Assembly (NCBI GenBank): GCA_016930515.1
Contig: JAFGGO010000158.1
Span: 59,632-123,631 of the forward strand
Source of the DNA: Promethearchaeota archaeon
Lineage (GTDB): Archaea > Asgardarchaeota > Lokiarchaeia > Sigyniarchaeales > SOKP01
Direction: 5' to 3'
Length of the DNA stretch: 64,000 nucleotides
Below are positions 46,846-56,392 of this stretch, piece after piece (position 1 is the stretch's first letter; each line of letters opens with the position of its first letter). Position numbers and translations under genes: made by a program. The notes below the pieces were generated by a model that saw only the letters and a list, made by a program, of their open reading frames with translations, was not told the origin of the DNA and did not search any database.

Positions 46846-47122
46846 GCGCTTGAAAAACGCTGTATCACCTTAATTTGAAAAATTAGCGCTTTCAATCTTG
46901 GTCGAGAAATTTTAAAAATTTGAAAAATACATGTTTCTTCCAAGAGAATAGAATTATATCGATGCGATGTCTTGCCTTATAAGTTTTGTGTTTTTTATCG
47001 GTCGAAATCGTTCGTTTTGATAAAATTAAAATTCTATAGTCGATTATTTCTAATATTACGCGTTAAAAAAATTACGTGAACATATTTACAATAAATTATA
47101 GACATCTTAGATTGGTTTTAAT

Positions 47123-47680
47123 ATGACTCCGAACGAAGACCCTAACGAGGAAGACCGAGAAGATCTCGAAGAAGAAGAATTCGACGAAGAAGAATTCGAC
47201 GAGGAATCCGAAGAAGAATCTTCTGAAGACTCTGAGGAAGAAGAATCCGAAGAATTCGACGCCGAAGCAGAATTGGCCCAATTGCAGTTCAAATATCGTG
47301 GTTTCACGCTAGACGAACTCAAGAAAATGAACGCCGATCAATTCATCAAGATCTTACCTTCACGGGCTCGGCGCTCTCTTAAGAGGGGTCTTCCACCTCG
47401 ACAGAAAAAGCTCTTGGAACGCTTGAGAAGGGCGTATAGGGCAAAAAAGCGGGGTAAGGACCTGGTAACAAGAACTCATGTGCGAGACATGATCATTTTT
47501 CCAGAAATGGTTGGCTTAACCATTGGAATCTACAATGGCAAGCAATTCCAGAATGTCGAGATCAAACCCGAAATGATCGGACATTATCTTGGAGAATTTT
47601 CACTCACGCGCAAGCATGTACAGCACGGAAGCCCAGGAATAGGTGCAACAAGATCCTCAAAATATGTTCCATTGAAGTAA
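47123..47680 (+). CDS. rps19p: 30S ribosomal protein uS19 with an acidic N-terminal extension
   Basis: [54 protein letters not shown]. Confidence 0.97.
   Translation: MTPNEDPNEEDREDLEEEEFDEEEFDEESEEESSEDSEEEESEEFDAEAELAQLQFKYRGFTLDELKKMNADQFIKILPSRARRSLKRGLPPRQKKLLERLRRAYRAKKRGKDLVTRTHVRDMIIFPEMVGLTIGIYNGKQFQNVEIKPEMIGHYLGEFSLTRKHVQHGSPGIGATRSSKYVPLK
47171..47260 (+). repeat. Low-complexity GAA-rich coding repeat
   Basis: GAAGAAGAATTCGAC twice in tandem (47171-47200) plus a partial copy ending at 47260; encodes EEEFD. Confidence 0.7.
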
Positions 47681-47734
47681 TTAAGGAGTCGTACTATAAA
47701 TTATAAAATAAAAATAACGATTAAGTGATGACAA

Positions 47735-48214
47735 ATGCCTAACTGGGGATATAGTTTTACAGAACAAAAATACGATTCTGACAGGCTCGCAAAAGCCTCG
47801 GGAAGAGATCTCAGGATCAAACCCAAGCACGCAAGAGAAATTTGTGCGGCGATAAAGGGAATGAAAGTGGAAAGAGCAAAAAACTTTTTAGAAAAAGTTA
47901 TAAGATTAGAACAATCGGTTCCTTTTAGACGATATAAGAAACACCAAGCTCATAGGCACGATTTAAAAGAATTCAAGTGGTATGCGGGGAGATATCCTCA
48001 AAAAGCAGCCGCAGTAATTTATGAAATCTTGTCTTCTGTGGAATCAAACGCAGAATTTAAGGGATTAGATGTTGAAATGTGCCGCATCATTCACGCAGCA
48101 ACTCATCATGGTAGAATCATAAAAAGATATATCCAGAGAGCACACGGGCGATCCTCGGCGAGATATAAGCATTTATCACATGTGGAACTTGTCATCTACG
48201 AAATGCCAAATTAA
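47735..48214 (+). CDS. rpl22p: 50S ribosomal protein uL22
   Basis: KPKHAREIC, VPFRRY, GRYPQKAA, RAHGR. Confidence 0.97.
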   Translation: MPNWGYSFTEQKYDSDRLAKASGRDLRIKPKHAREICAAIKGMKVERAKNFLEKVIRLEQSVPFRRYKKHQAHRHDLKEFKWYAGRYPQKAAAVIYEILSSVESNAEFKGLDVEMCRIIHAATHHGRIIKRYIQRAHGRSSARYKHLSHVELVIYEMPN

Positions 48215-48248
48215 ATTAAAATCACGATAAAAAATAAGGAATTAAATA

Positions 48249-49040
48249 ATGCCGTTAGCAAAACATTTCATTGAGCAAGGAATAAAACTAATGCAAATAA
48301 ACGAATACCTGCGATCTGAGCTAGTAAGAGCTGGATTTGCGGGTGTTGACTTGCAAAAGACGCCATTAGGCGTAAGAATCACCCTAAGAACCTCTCGTCC
48401 TGGATTGGTTATTGGAAAGGGCGGTAAGAGAATTCAAGAAATAACAGATGTTCTAAAGGATGTATACAAGCTTGAAATGCCTCAAATCGAAGTGGAAGAA
48501 GTAAAGAATCCCGACCTCGACGCTCAAATAATGGCCGAACGATTAGCCTACAGTCTCGATCGAGGAAGGCACTATCGAAGGGCTGGTTATTACATTTTGA
48601 GGAAAGTAATGGATGCTGGAGCTCGAGGCGTTGAAATTCAAGTTTCAGGAAAAGTCACTTCTCAAAGAGCGAGAACTCAAATCTTCAGGGCAGGAACGAT
48701 GTCGAAAAGCGGACAACCTGCCCAAGAAGGTGTAGACAAGGGCGTTGCTCAATGCATTCAAAAATCGGGAACTTTGGGCGTAATAGTAAAAATTATGCGA
48801 GCAGATTACAGGCAAGGTGATGGAGTTACCCTTAATCACGAAGCCCTTGAATCTGCTCAAGCGAAAGCAAAAGCTGAAGCTGCAAAGACTAAAGTCGAAA
48901 AGAAATATAAGATTGAAGAAGAAGAAGTTCCAATAACAGAAGAAGCAAAAGAACTCCTCGACGATGTTGACGAGGACGACATAACCGAAATATCGGACAT
49001 TTCCTTGACACCAAACCAAGACGAGGAAAAAGATAAATAA
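48249..49040 (+). CDS. rps3p: 30S ribosomal protein uS3 with an acidic C-terminal tail
   Basis: RPGLVIGKGG, GARGVEIQVSGK, GTLGVIVKIM. Confidence 0.97.
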   Translation: MPLAKHFIEQGIKLMQINEYLRSELVRAGFAGVDLQKTPLGVRITLRTSRPGLVIGKGGKRIQEITDVLKDVYKLEMPQIEVEEVKNPDLDAQIMAERLAYSLDRGRHYRRAGYYILRKVMDAGARGVEIQVSGKVTSQRARTQIFRAGTMSKSGQPAQEGVDKGVAQCIQKSGTLGVIVKIMRADYRQGDGVTLNHEALESAQAKAKAEAAKTKVEKKYKIEEEEVPITEEAKELLDDVDEDDITEISDISLTPNQDEEKDK

Positions 49041-49062
49041 ATAACATATGGTGTAATGTCGC

Positions 49063-49260
49063 ATGAAACTAATAACAGCTAAAGAAATACGAGAAATGGA
49101 CGATCGAGAAAAGCAAAGAAAGTTAAAAGATCTAAGAGAAGAATTAATGATGTTATTTAGCATGCAAACTGGAGGAGGAATATCCGATAATCCAGCAAAA
49201 GCAAAACAAATAAGAAAGCAAATAGCGCGAATATTAACAGTAATGAACGAGAAAAAATGA
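49063..49260 (+). CDS. rpl29p: 50S ribosomal protein uL29
   Basis: EIREM, NPAKAKQIRKQIARILT; operon position. Confidence 0.95.
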   Translation: MKLITAKEIREMDDREKQRKLKDLREELMMLFSMQTGGGISDNPAKAKQIRKQIARILTVMNEKK

Positions 49261-49574
49261 GCGTTAGTCCAAAATTTTTAATATATCACGATTTAATTGG
49301 CTTCCTCGTTATGGTGAGGTCTAAGTCAAATCGTAATGTTGGAACTTTCTCTGATGCAGGTATTGTCATCGACGAGTCGAAAAATTTGCTTATAACAAAA
49401 AAAAATGGAATGATAAAGAAATACATTAAAAAAGACAATGTGTTTATGTTTAGCCCGCCAGAAGGATCTAGCGACGCAGGATTCAATCTGGAAGTAAACG
49501 GGGAAAAAATCGTGGGAATTCCCGAAAATAGGTTAAGAACGCTTAAAAAAAAGAAAAAATGGTTGAGAATTTAA
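49257..49574 (+). CDS. rnp1: Ribonuclease P protein component 1 (Rpp29)
   Basis: HDLIG, GIVIDESKN, VNGEKIVGIPENR; operon position. Confidence 0.9.
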   Translation: MSVSPKFLIYHDLIGFLVMVRSKSNRNVGTFSDAGIVIDESKNLLITKKNGMIKKYIKKDNVFMFSPPEGSSDAGFNLEVNGEKIVGIPENRLRTLKKKKKWLRI

Positions 49575-49928
49575 ATGAGTAGAAATATTGGAATACCTGG
49601 AGTAAATCCTCCAAAATCGAAGGAAGATTGCATGGATAAGTATTGTCCGTTTCATGGAAGTACGAAAATCAGGGGTAAAATTACGAAGGGTGTTATCGTT
49701 AACAAGAAGGCTCGTAATTCCGTTATCATAAGACAAGATTATGTTAAATTTGTTAAAAAATATCAAAGATACGAGCGTCGTAACTCGCGACTTGCGTGTC
49801 ACTTGCCAGAATGCTTGAGACAAGAAATGCAAGTGGGAGACCTCGTAATCGTAGGAGAATCCCGCAAGATTTCGAAAACAAAAGCATTCGTCGTCTTAGA
49901 CAAGATAAAAAGTCAGGAGGCAACTTAA
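49575..49928 (+). CDS. rps17p: 30S ribosomal protein uS17
   Basis: C.DKYCPFHG, KYQRYERR, ESRKISKTK. Confidence 0.97.
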   Translation: MSRNIGIPGVNPPKSKEDCMDKYCPFHGSTKIRGKITKGVIVNKKARNSVIIRQDYVKFVKKYQRYERRNSRLACHLPECLRQEMQVGDLVIVGESRKISKTKAFVVLDKIKSQEAT

Positions 49929-50354
49929 ATGGGATCTCGAAGAAAGTCAGGAAGGAAGAAAACCTCGCGCCCGAGATTAAGTTACGGAGTGCAAAATAAC
50001 ACGAGATTGGTAATAGCCGATAACTCTGGAGCTAAAATAGCCCAGATCATTGGCGTCGATCATTATAAAGGAAGACAGAGGCGATTACCAAAAGCAACTT
50101 TAGGGAGCGTAGTGACGGTTTCTATAAAAAAAGGAAAACCAGAATTAAAAGGAAATATTTTAAAATGCGTCATCGTGCGCCAAAAACAAATAGTTAGAAG
50201 ATTAGATGGATCGAGATTGTGCTTCGAGGACAACGCAGGCGTGATAATATCGAAAGAAGGAGACCCAAAAGGCACGGAAATTCGTGGACCAATCGCTCGA
50301 GAGGCGGCAGAAGCGTTTCCACGCTTGGCGTCAATATCGTCCTTAATAATATAA
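49929..50354 (+). CDS. rpl14p: 50S ribosomal protein uL14
   Basis: ADNSGAK, KKGKPEL, FEDNA, GTEIRGPIAREAA. Confidence 0.97.
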   Translation: MGSRRKSGRKKTSRPRLSYGVQNNTRLVIADNSGAKIAQIIGVDHYKGRQRRLPKATLGSVVTVSIKKGKPELKGNILKCVIVRQKQIVRRLDGSRLCFEDNAGVIISKEGDPKGTEIRGPIAREAAEAFPRLASISSLII

Positions 50355-50391
50355 TTTTAAATTAAAGATAAACACGAAAAAGGTTGAACTA

Positions 50392-50829
50392 ATGAAAGTA
50401 GCGTCAAAAAAGCCGGGTAAGCAGAGAAAAGCCCTCTATACGCATAAAAACCACCAGAGATCGAGGCTTAATTCGGTAAGGGTAGCTGATTTCTTGCGAG
50501 AAGAATATGGTGTCAAGAAACTACCCCTCCGGGTTGGTGATAATGTGAGGGTGTGTAGGGGTGAATTTAAAGATTTCGAAGGAGAAATCTTGGAAATCCT
50601 GAAAAATCACAGGGCAAAAATTAAAGAATGCACATTCGAAAGAACTGACGGAACTCAATTTTATCCCGGCATTCATGTTTCAAATCTCATCATAACAAAA
50701 TTTTATAAGGAAAAAAAGATGGATGCGTATCGCGCAAGAATGATCGAAAGAAAATCTGGATATAATCTTGAAGAGGAGATTACTGCTCCTAAAAAACAAA
50801 AGGGTAAAAACCCAGACGAGGTGGCTTAA
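50392..50829 (+). CDS. rpl24p: 50S ribosomal protein uL24
   Basis: PGKQRK, LPLRVGDNVRVCRGEFK, IHVSNLII. Confidence 0.96.
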   Translation: MKVASKKPGKQRKALYTHKNHQRSRLNSVRVADFLREEYGVKKLPLRVGDNVRVCRGEFKDFEGEILEILKNHRAKIKECTFERTDGTQFYPGIHVSNLIITKFYKEKKMDAYRARMIERKSGYNLEEEITAPKKQKGKNPDEVA

Positions 50830-51576
50830 ATGACTAGACACGGCGGAACTCGCTCGGTAAAAAGATTGAACACTCCTGCATACTTGCAAATTAAGAGAAA
50901 ACACGGTAAATTCTTCGTAAAACCTTCTCCAGGGCCTCATCCAAGTAATTTTTGTTTGCCTTTATTACATGTCGTGAGAGATCTTCTCAAGGTCGTGGAT
51001 ACACACAGAGAAGCAAAAAAATTGATTGGCCAAGGTTTGTTCAAAGTAGATCAGAAAGTTGTTCGAGATAAGACCTATCCAATCGGCTTGATGGATGTGA
51101 TTTCGATAGAAAAGGAGGGTAAAGATTATCGTGTATTTCCCGATTCTCATCACGGTTTAGTAGTGAAAGAGATCCCCAAAAAGAACAACGAATTTAAACT
51201 CTGTAGAATCGCTCAAAAAACGACCGTAAAAGGTGGACATGTCCAACTTAACTTGCACGACGGAAGAAACATACTCATCAATGTAAAGGATCCTAAAAAT
51301 CCAAAAGAAGCTAAAAATTTTTCCCGGATGGATGTGTTAAAAATTTCCCTTCCCACGCAAGAAATACAAAAAACATTTAAGTTCAAGGAGGGAAACATTG
51401 CAATGATCATGTCTGGAAAAAATATTGGACAAGTTGGAAAAGTGCATTCGATTACAAAACGATTTGGTCCAAAAGCAAGTACCGTAACAATTGAAGACGA
51501 GAACGGAGTGCTCACGGAAACCTTGTACGATTATACTTTCATCATTGGAGATGCCAAATCGGAAATAAATGTATAA
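50830..51576 (+). CDS. rps4e: 30S ribosomal protein eS4
   Basis: PSPGPH, YPIGLMDVI, QLNLHDGRNI, GKNIG. Confidence 0.97.
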   Translation: MTRHGGTRSVKRLNTPAYLQIKRKHGKFFVKPSPGPHPSNFCLPLLHVVRDLLKVVDTHREAKKLIGQGLFKVDQKVVRDKTYPIGLMDVISIEKEGKDYRVFPDSHHGLVVKEIPKKNNEFKLCRIAQKTTVKGGHVQLNLHDGRNILINVKDPKNPKEAKNFSRMDVLKISLPTQEIQKTFKFKEGNIAMIMSGKNIGQVGKVHSITKRFGPKASTVTIEDENGVLTETLYDYTFIIGDAKSEINV

Positions 51577-51595
51577 ATATCAGGTGGAATATAGC

Positions 51596-52198
51596 ATGTC
51601 AACAACTACCAAAAGGAAGGAAAGTAAACTCAAGGATCAAGAAGCAGAATTCGAAGAAAAATGGAGTAATCCAATGAAAAAACCTTTTCTCGAAAAAATT
51701 GTGCTAAATATAGGCGTTGGTTCGGGTGGTGAAGAACTTGAGCGAGCCTCAACGGTTTTAGAAACCATTTCGGGAATGAAGGCGGTCAAAACGATTTCAA
51801 AAACGAATGTGAAAGAATTTGATTTAAGAAAAGGACGACCTATAGGCACGAAAGTTACCATTCGAGGAGAAGAAGCAGAAAAGTTATTAAAAAGACTGCT
51901 CATCGTGAATAACAATCGCATGTTGAGAAAAAGCTTTGATAACTTTGGTAACTTTGGATTCGGTATTGTAGAACATATTACCATTCCAGGAATTGATTAC
52001 GACGCAGACATTGGAATTTGGGGCTTAGATGTTATCGGAAGGATTGTCAGACCAGGAATGAGAGTTAAGGTTAGAAAACAACCGAGACGTGCAAAAATTC
52101 CCAAACATCACTATGTATCCCGAGCTGAAGCTCATTACTTTTTAAAGAAGAATTTTAAAGCAAAAATAGTCGATAAATTAGATGTCGAGTTTATATAA
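51596..52198 (+). CDS. rpl5p: 50S ribosomal protein uL5
   Basis: NPMKKP, NIGVG, PIGTKVTIR, GNFGFGI.EHI, IGIWGLD; ATG at 51596 after AGGTGG. Confidence 0.96.
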   Translation: MSTTTKRKESKLKDQEAEFEEKWSNPMKKPFLEKIVLNIGVGSGGEELERASTVLETISGMKAVKTISKTNVKEFDLRKGRPIGTKVTIRGEEAEKLLKRLLIVNNNRMLRKSFDNFGNFGFGIVEHITIPGIDYDADIGIWGLDVIGRIVRPGMRVKVRKQPRRAKIPKHHYVSRAEAHYFLKKNFKAKIVDKLDVEFI

Positions 52199-52223
52199 AC
52201 TAATAATATTTGAGTGAAAAAAT

Positions 52224-52376
52224 ATGCCACAATCAAAAACAACCCAAGGAAAAGGAAAAAGAGAGTGCAGGCGTTGCCATACTCATAGAGGTATAATAAG
52301 AAGATATGGGTTAAATCTTTGCCGACGATGTTTTTACGAAATAGGAGACAACATCGGCTTTCATCGCTTTGATTAA
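52224..52376 (+). CDS. rps14p: 30S ribosomal protein uS14 (not in the ORF track, 50 aa)
   Basis: MPQSKTTQGKGKRECRRCHTHRGIIRRYGLNLCRRCFYEIGDNIGFHRFD; CxxC/CxxC zinc site; canonical position after uL5. Confidence 0.96.
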   Translation: MPQSKTTQGKGKRECRRCHTHRGIIRRYGLNLCRRCFYEIGDNIGFHRFD

Positions 52377-52460
52377 GCGAGCTTAGCTCTATTTCTTTTA
52401 ATTTTTATTAACAAAATATAATATCGTGCTCTTCTTTTCGTTCTCTTTCTTTTATTTTTG
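52377..52460 (+). terminator. Probable oligo-T terminator region after uS14
   Basis: T-rich tracts (TTTCTTTTAATTTTT, TTCTTTTATTTTTG) directly after the stop. Confidence 0.45.
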
Positions 52461-52696
52461 CTGGTTCTTCCTTCTGTTTGAATTGAATAATATTTTGGAA
52501 AAGAAATTAATCATATTGAGAAAAAATCAATTGTTTTTCTTCACCACTTTCCTTAAACGCGACAAAAAAAGCTGCAATATAAATTTTTTGGTTTTCTGCG
52601 GTTCCATTTTCACAAAATTAAAATTATATCATGTACTATTTCTAATATTGCGAGTAGAAAATATTTATAAAAAAAAAAACAAGGTGCTATGGTAAT

Positions 52697-53080
52697 ATGG
52701 TTAATACGCTGGCAGACGCGTGCAATGTACTGAAAAATGCCGAATTTGCGCGAAAGAAGCAGGTGATCGTATCCCCCGCCTCGAAGCTACTACAAAGAGT
52801 GCTCCGCATCTTTCAACAACACGCTTATATTGGTGAATTTGAGAGATATGACGATGGAAGGCAAGGAAAATTTAAGATCGCTCTCCTCGGTAAGATTAAC
52901 GAATGCAAGGCGTTAATGAGGCTCAATTATAAGTTCCACGATCTAGAAAAACTAGAGAGGAGGTTATTGCCAGCTCCAGGATTGGGTATCGTCATTATGA
53001 CGACCAACGAGGGAATAATGACGATGAAAGAAGCCGAAGAAAAAGGAATCGGCGGCATGGCTCTCTGTTATATATATTAG
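52697..53080 (+). CDS. rps8p: 30S ribosomal protein uS8
   Basis: TLADA...KNAE, YIGEFE..DDGR.G, GKINEC, LPA..G..IMTTNEG. Confidence 0.97.
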   Translation: MVNTLADACNVLKNAEFARKKQVIVSPASKLLQRVLRIFQQHAYIGEFERYDDGRQGKFKIALLGKINECKALMRLNYKFHDLEKLERRLLPAPGLGIVIMTTNEGIMTMKEAEEKGIGGMALCYIY

Positions 53081-53099
53081 ATTATGAGGTCGAGATAAA

Positions 53100-53675
53100 A
53101 TGGTAAAAACTACTTTTTTTAGGGAAGAACTTGAAGTACCCAAGGGCGTGAAGATCACGGTTTCTGAAGATCATAACATCACTGTTAAGGGCCCTAATGG
53201 AGAAGTAAAAAAGGATTTTTCTCACATCAGAGGTGTCAAGATTTCCCAAGAAAATGGCAAACTGATTTTTTCGGCTCATTTTCCGCAAAATAAAACACTT
53301 GCGTTAACTAAAACGATTATTCACATCATTCAAAATTTAATAACTGGCGTTCAAACGAATTACACGTATGTTTTAATGGTATGCTACTCCCACTTTCCCT
53401 GCAATGTCGAAATTAAAAACGACGAGATACAAGTTGTAAACTTTTTGGGGGAAAGAGCGCCACGAAAAACAAAATACGACAAAGAAAACGTAAAGATTGA
53501 AGTTAAAGGGGACGAAGTATTTTTAGAAGGTCCCGATAAGGAAAAACTCGGACAAATTGCGGCAAACATAAAAAAATGTTGTCGAATTCGAAAAAAAGAT
53601 CCTCGGGTTTTTCAAGACGGTGTATATTTATACAAAAAAATGCTTGGAGACGAGATCCTCTGGCAGATTAAATAG
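53100..53675 (+). CDS. rpl6p: 50S ribosomal protein uL6
   Basis: VKGPNG, YSHFP, NFLGE, KDPRVFQDGVY. Confidence 0.97.
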   Translation: MVKTTFFREELEVPKGVKITVSEDHNITVKGPNGEVKKDFSHIRGVKISQENGKLIFSAHFPQNKTLALTKTIIHIIQNLITGVQTNYTYVLMVCYSHFPCNVEIKNDEIQVVNFLGERAPRKTKYDKENVKIEVKGDEVFLEGPDKEKLGQIAANIKKCCRIRKKDPRVFQDGVYLYKKMLGDEILWQIK

Positions 53676-53684
53676 GTGATTTGA

Positions 53685-54122
53685 GTGGCAAAAAAAGATA
53701 AAAGGTTAATGGAACTCAGAAAATCCATGAAAAAGAAAAGACCCCCCTTCCGACGAGTTGAATCTTGGAGGTGGAATCGGGTAAAAGATTCTTGGCGAGC
53801 AGCGAGAGGTATAGACTCTAAAACTAGAAAAAAGAGTAAGGCCGGAATCACGTCTCCTGAGATTGGATATAGAGTACCCAAAAAAATAAGAGGATTGCAC
53901 CCTTCTGGATATCAAGAGGTAAGGGTTGAGACTTTAAAAGACATTGAAAACCTTAACAATAAGAAGCACGCAATAAAGATTGCAACCACATTGGGGGCAA
54001 AGAAAAGAATGACCCTGATAGAATATGCAAGAAGAAGAGGATTTAAAGTTTTAAACATTGGAACAACCCAAGCTGAAATGCAAAAACTTCAGGCATTATC
54101 GGGTACTTCCATTGAAGATTAA
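53685..54122 (+). CDS. rpl32e: 50S ribosomal protein eL32
   Basis: PPFRR, WRAARGIDSK, IGYRVPK.IRGLHPSG; GTG start with SD AGGTGA. Confidence 0.96.
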   Translation: MAKKDKRLMELRKSMKKKRPPFRRVESWRWNRVKDSWRAARGIDSKTRKKSKAGITSPEIGYRVPKKIRGLHPSGYQEVRVETLKDIENLNNKKHAIKIATTLGAKKRMTLIEYARRRGFKVLNIGTTQAEMQKLQALSGTSIED

Positions 54123-54149
54123 TATGATTGATGAGAATCGTGATGAATT

Positions 54150-54605
54150 ATGAATATTAGCGCTCAAAAAAGGATGGCAGCGGAAATCTTGAAATGTGGA
54201 GAAAATAGGGTGTTTCTAGACCCATATTTTATGGAAGACATCAAGATGGCGATCACTCGCGAAGATATACGCAACTTGATAAAGGAAGGGGCCATCCAAA
54301 AAAGATACAAAAAAGGTATTAGCAAGACCCGAAAAATTATAAGGCACGAAAGGAAGAAGAAAGGTCGTGCGCGCGGTCTAGGAAAACGAAAAGGTCCGAA
54401 AGGCGCTCGAACTCCGAAAAAGAAGGCTTGGATGAAAAGAATTCGACCTCAACGAAGGGAACTAAAAAAAATGCGAGATAGAAAGCAAATTACTGCTTCT
54501 ACCTATCGTCAATTATACAAGAACGCCAAAGGCGGCATGTTCAATAGCGTCGCACAGATGAACAGGTATATCAAAGAAAAAGAATTAATGAGAAGAGGTA
54601 GGTAA
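54150..54605 (+). CDS. rpl19e: 50S ribosomal protein eL19
   Basis: QKRMAAEILKCGENRV, AITREDIR, GKRKG..GAR, YRQLYKNAKGG.F. Confidence 0.97.
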   Translation: MNISAQKRMAAEILKCGENRVFLDPYFMEDIKMAITREDIRNLIKEGAIQKRYKKGISKTRKIIRHERKKKGRARGLGKRKGPKGARTPKKKAWMKRIRPQRRELKKMRDRKQITASTYRQLYKNAKGGMFNSVAQMNRYIKEKELMRRGR

Positions 54606-54607
54606 AT

Positions 54608-55198
54608 ATGGCAAAAGGACCAAGATATAAGAGACCCCTTCGAAGAAGAGTCGAAGGTAAGACTAATTATCACAGTAGACTTCGATTAATTAAGTCTAAG
54701 AAATTAAGGGCTGTAATTAGAGCTTCGACGAACCATATCACGGTTCAAATCGTAGAATCTTCAGTGGGAGGCGATAAAGTTTTAGTATCTGCGTTTTCAA
54801 AAGAATTGAAATCAAAATATGGATGGAACGCAAGCACGGGAAATATTCCTGCCGCATATTTAACGGGATATATGGCGGGATTGAGAGCGAAAAAGAAAAA
54901 TATTGGCGAAGCTATTCTCGATTTGGGCGTGTTTTATCATAGGAATAGAGTACTGGCAGCTTTTAAGGGATTATTATTGTCTGGACTTGAAATTCCTCAT
55001 AGCGACGAGTTCTTTCCCGAAGATATAGATAAAATAATAAAGGGCACCCATATTGAAAATTATGCAGGAATTATGAAAAAAGAAGACCCTGAAAAATTTG
55101 ACAAGCATTTTTCGGGCTACCTGAAAAACAAGGTAAATCCCTTGAAGATTAGTCAAGAAATTACAAATACACAAAAAAAGATTGAATCTAACGCATAA
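54608..55198 (+). CDS. rpl18p: 50S ribosomal protein uL18
   Basis: RRRVEGKTNY, NIPAAYLTG, AILDLG, GLEIPH. Confidence 0.97.
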   Translation: MAKGPRYKRPLRRRVEGKTNYHSRLRLIKSKKLRAVIRASTNHITVQIVESSVGGDKVLVSAFSKELKSKYGWNASTGNIPAAYLTGYMAGLRAKKKNIGEAILDLGVFYHRNRVLAAFKGLLLSGLEIPHSDEFFPEDIDKIIKGTHIENYAGIMKKEDPEKFDKHFSGYLKNKVNPLKISQEITNTQKKIESNA

Positions 55199-55218
55199 AT
55201 CAAATTTACGTGATAATA

Positions 55219-55833
55219 ATGAGTAGAAATAGAAAAGTAGAAAATATCTGGGTGCCTCGAACCAAGCTCGGAGAATTAGTCCAACAAGGCTTAATTACGC
55301 TCGATAAAATTTTTCAAAATAATTTAGTAGTTAAAGAAAAGGAAATTGTAGATTTATTGCTGCCTCAACTCGCAGAAGATGTGGTTACCATTAAGATGGT
55401 GCAACAAATGACTGCGAGTGGTCAGCGTTCGCGATTTAAAGCAGTAGTAATTGTGGGTTCTGATGGATTTTTAGGCGTGTCTGCCTCAAAAAGCCGAGAA
55501 GTTGGCCCCGCAATAAGAAAAGCAATAGACAAAGCAAAACTTTCGGTAATTCCCGTCCTTCGAGGATGTGGAAGTAAAGAATGTGGTTGTGGAGGGTCTC
55601 ACAGTATACCCTTTAGGGTGGAGGGAAAGTGCGGAAGCGTCAAGATTAGGCTCATCCCAGCACCAGCAGGAGTAGGATTAGCCTGCGCCGATAAAGTCAA
55701 GCAAGTGTTGAGATTAGCAGGTATAGAAGACGTGTGGAGCAAAACCTACGGTGATACTCGAACGAGTGAAAATCTCGTAAAAGCCACGTTTGACGCGTTG
55801 AAAAACGCTCATAAATATAATTTTAATGCATGA
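55219..55833 (+). CDS. rps5p: 30S ribosomal protein uS5
   Basis: WVPRTKLG, RGCGS.EC.CG..HSIP, LIPAPAGVG, LAGIEDVWS. Confidence 0.97.
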   Translation: MSRNRKVENIWVPRTKLGELVQQGLITLDKIFQNNLVVKEKEIVDLLLPQLAEDVVTIKMVQQMTASGQRSRFKAVVIVGSDGFLGVSASKSREVGPAIRKAIDKAKLSVIPVLRGCGSKECGCGGSHSIPFRVEGKCGSVKIRLIPAPAGVGLACADKVKQVLRLAGIEDVWSKTYGDTRTSENLVKATFDALKNAHKYNFNA

Positions 55834-55847
55834 AGAAAAGTGGTTAG

Positions 55848-56369
55848 ATGACGATGGTAAAAAATAAGGCTAAATTTGAGGAAGCACATTTACCCCAATT
55901 GTATTTTGCAGTGAGGATTAGGGGTGCTCCCGGAATGAATAGGAAAATCCTTGACACCCTAAAAATGCTCAGGATGCATAAGGTCAATCACGGTGTATTG
56001 GTTTGGGCAGAACCAAGTTTCCGAGGGATGCTAAATAAATGCAAGGATTTCATTGCGTTCGGAGAAATCGACGAAAAAACGTTATTGAGATTATTGCGAG
56101 CAAGAGGAAAAATTGAAGGCAATAAACCACTTACCGAAGAGCACATTAAGAACATGACGAATTACAAAACAATGAAAGATTTTGCTCAGGGATTATTAAA
56201 AGGAGAAGTTCAATACCGAGAAAAGGATGTGTACAAAATTAAACCCGTGTTTCGCTTGCATCCGCCTCGAAAGGGACATCGCGGAACTATTAAAAAGCAC
56301 TACGCTGAAGGCGGAGTATTGGGGAATGTGGGCGTTTATATTAACGAGATCATACATAAAATGATGTAA
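55848..56369 (+). CDS. rpl30p: 50S ribosomal protein uL30
   Basis: AVRIRG, TLKMLRMHKVN, FRLHPPRKG, GGVLG. Confidence 0.96.
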   Translation: MTMVKNKAKFEEAHLPQLYFAVRIRGAPGMNRKILDTLKMLRMHKVNHGVLVWAEPSFRGMLNKCKDFIAFGEIDEKTLLRLLRARGKIEGNKPLTEEHIKNMTNYKTMKDFAQGLLKGEVQYREKDVYKIKPVFRLHPPRKGHRGTIKKHYAEGGVLGNVGVYINEIIHKMM

Positions 56370-56392
56370 TAAATTAAAGGTGAAAAACCACA

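Noticed and set aside
47096-47322. Poly-Ser and poly-Phe antisense ORFs
   Set aside because: Reverse-complement artefacts of the GAA-rich acidic uS19 extension
51569-51595. ORF-track start for uL5 at 51569
   Set aside because: Overlaps eS4; ATG 51596 follows SD AGGTGG
52426-52695. 89-aa Phe-rich ORF in the uS14-uS8 gap
   Set aside because: Product of T-rich terminator/promoter DNA; GTG start without SD; no recognisable motif
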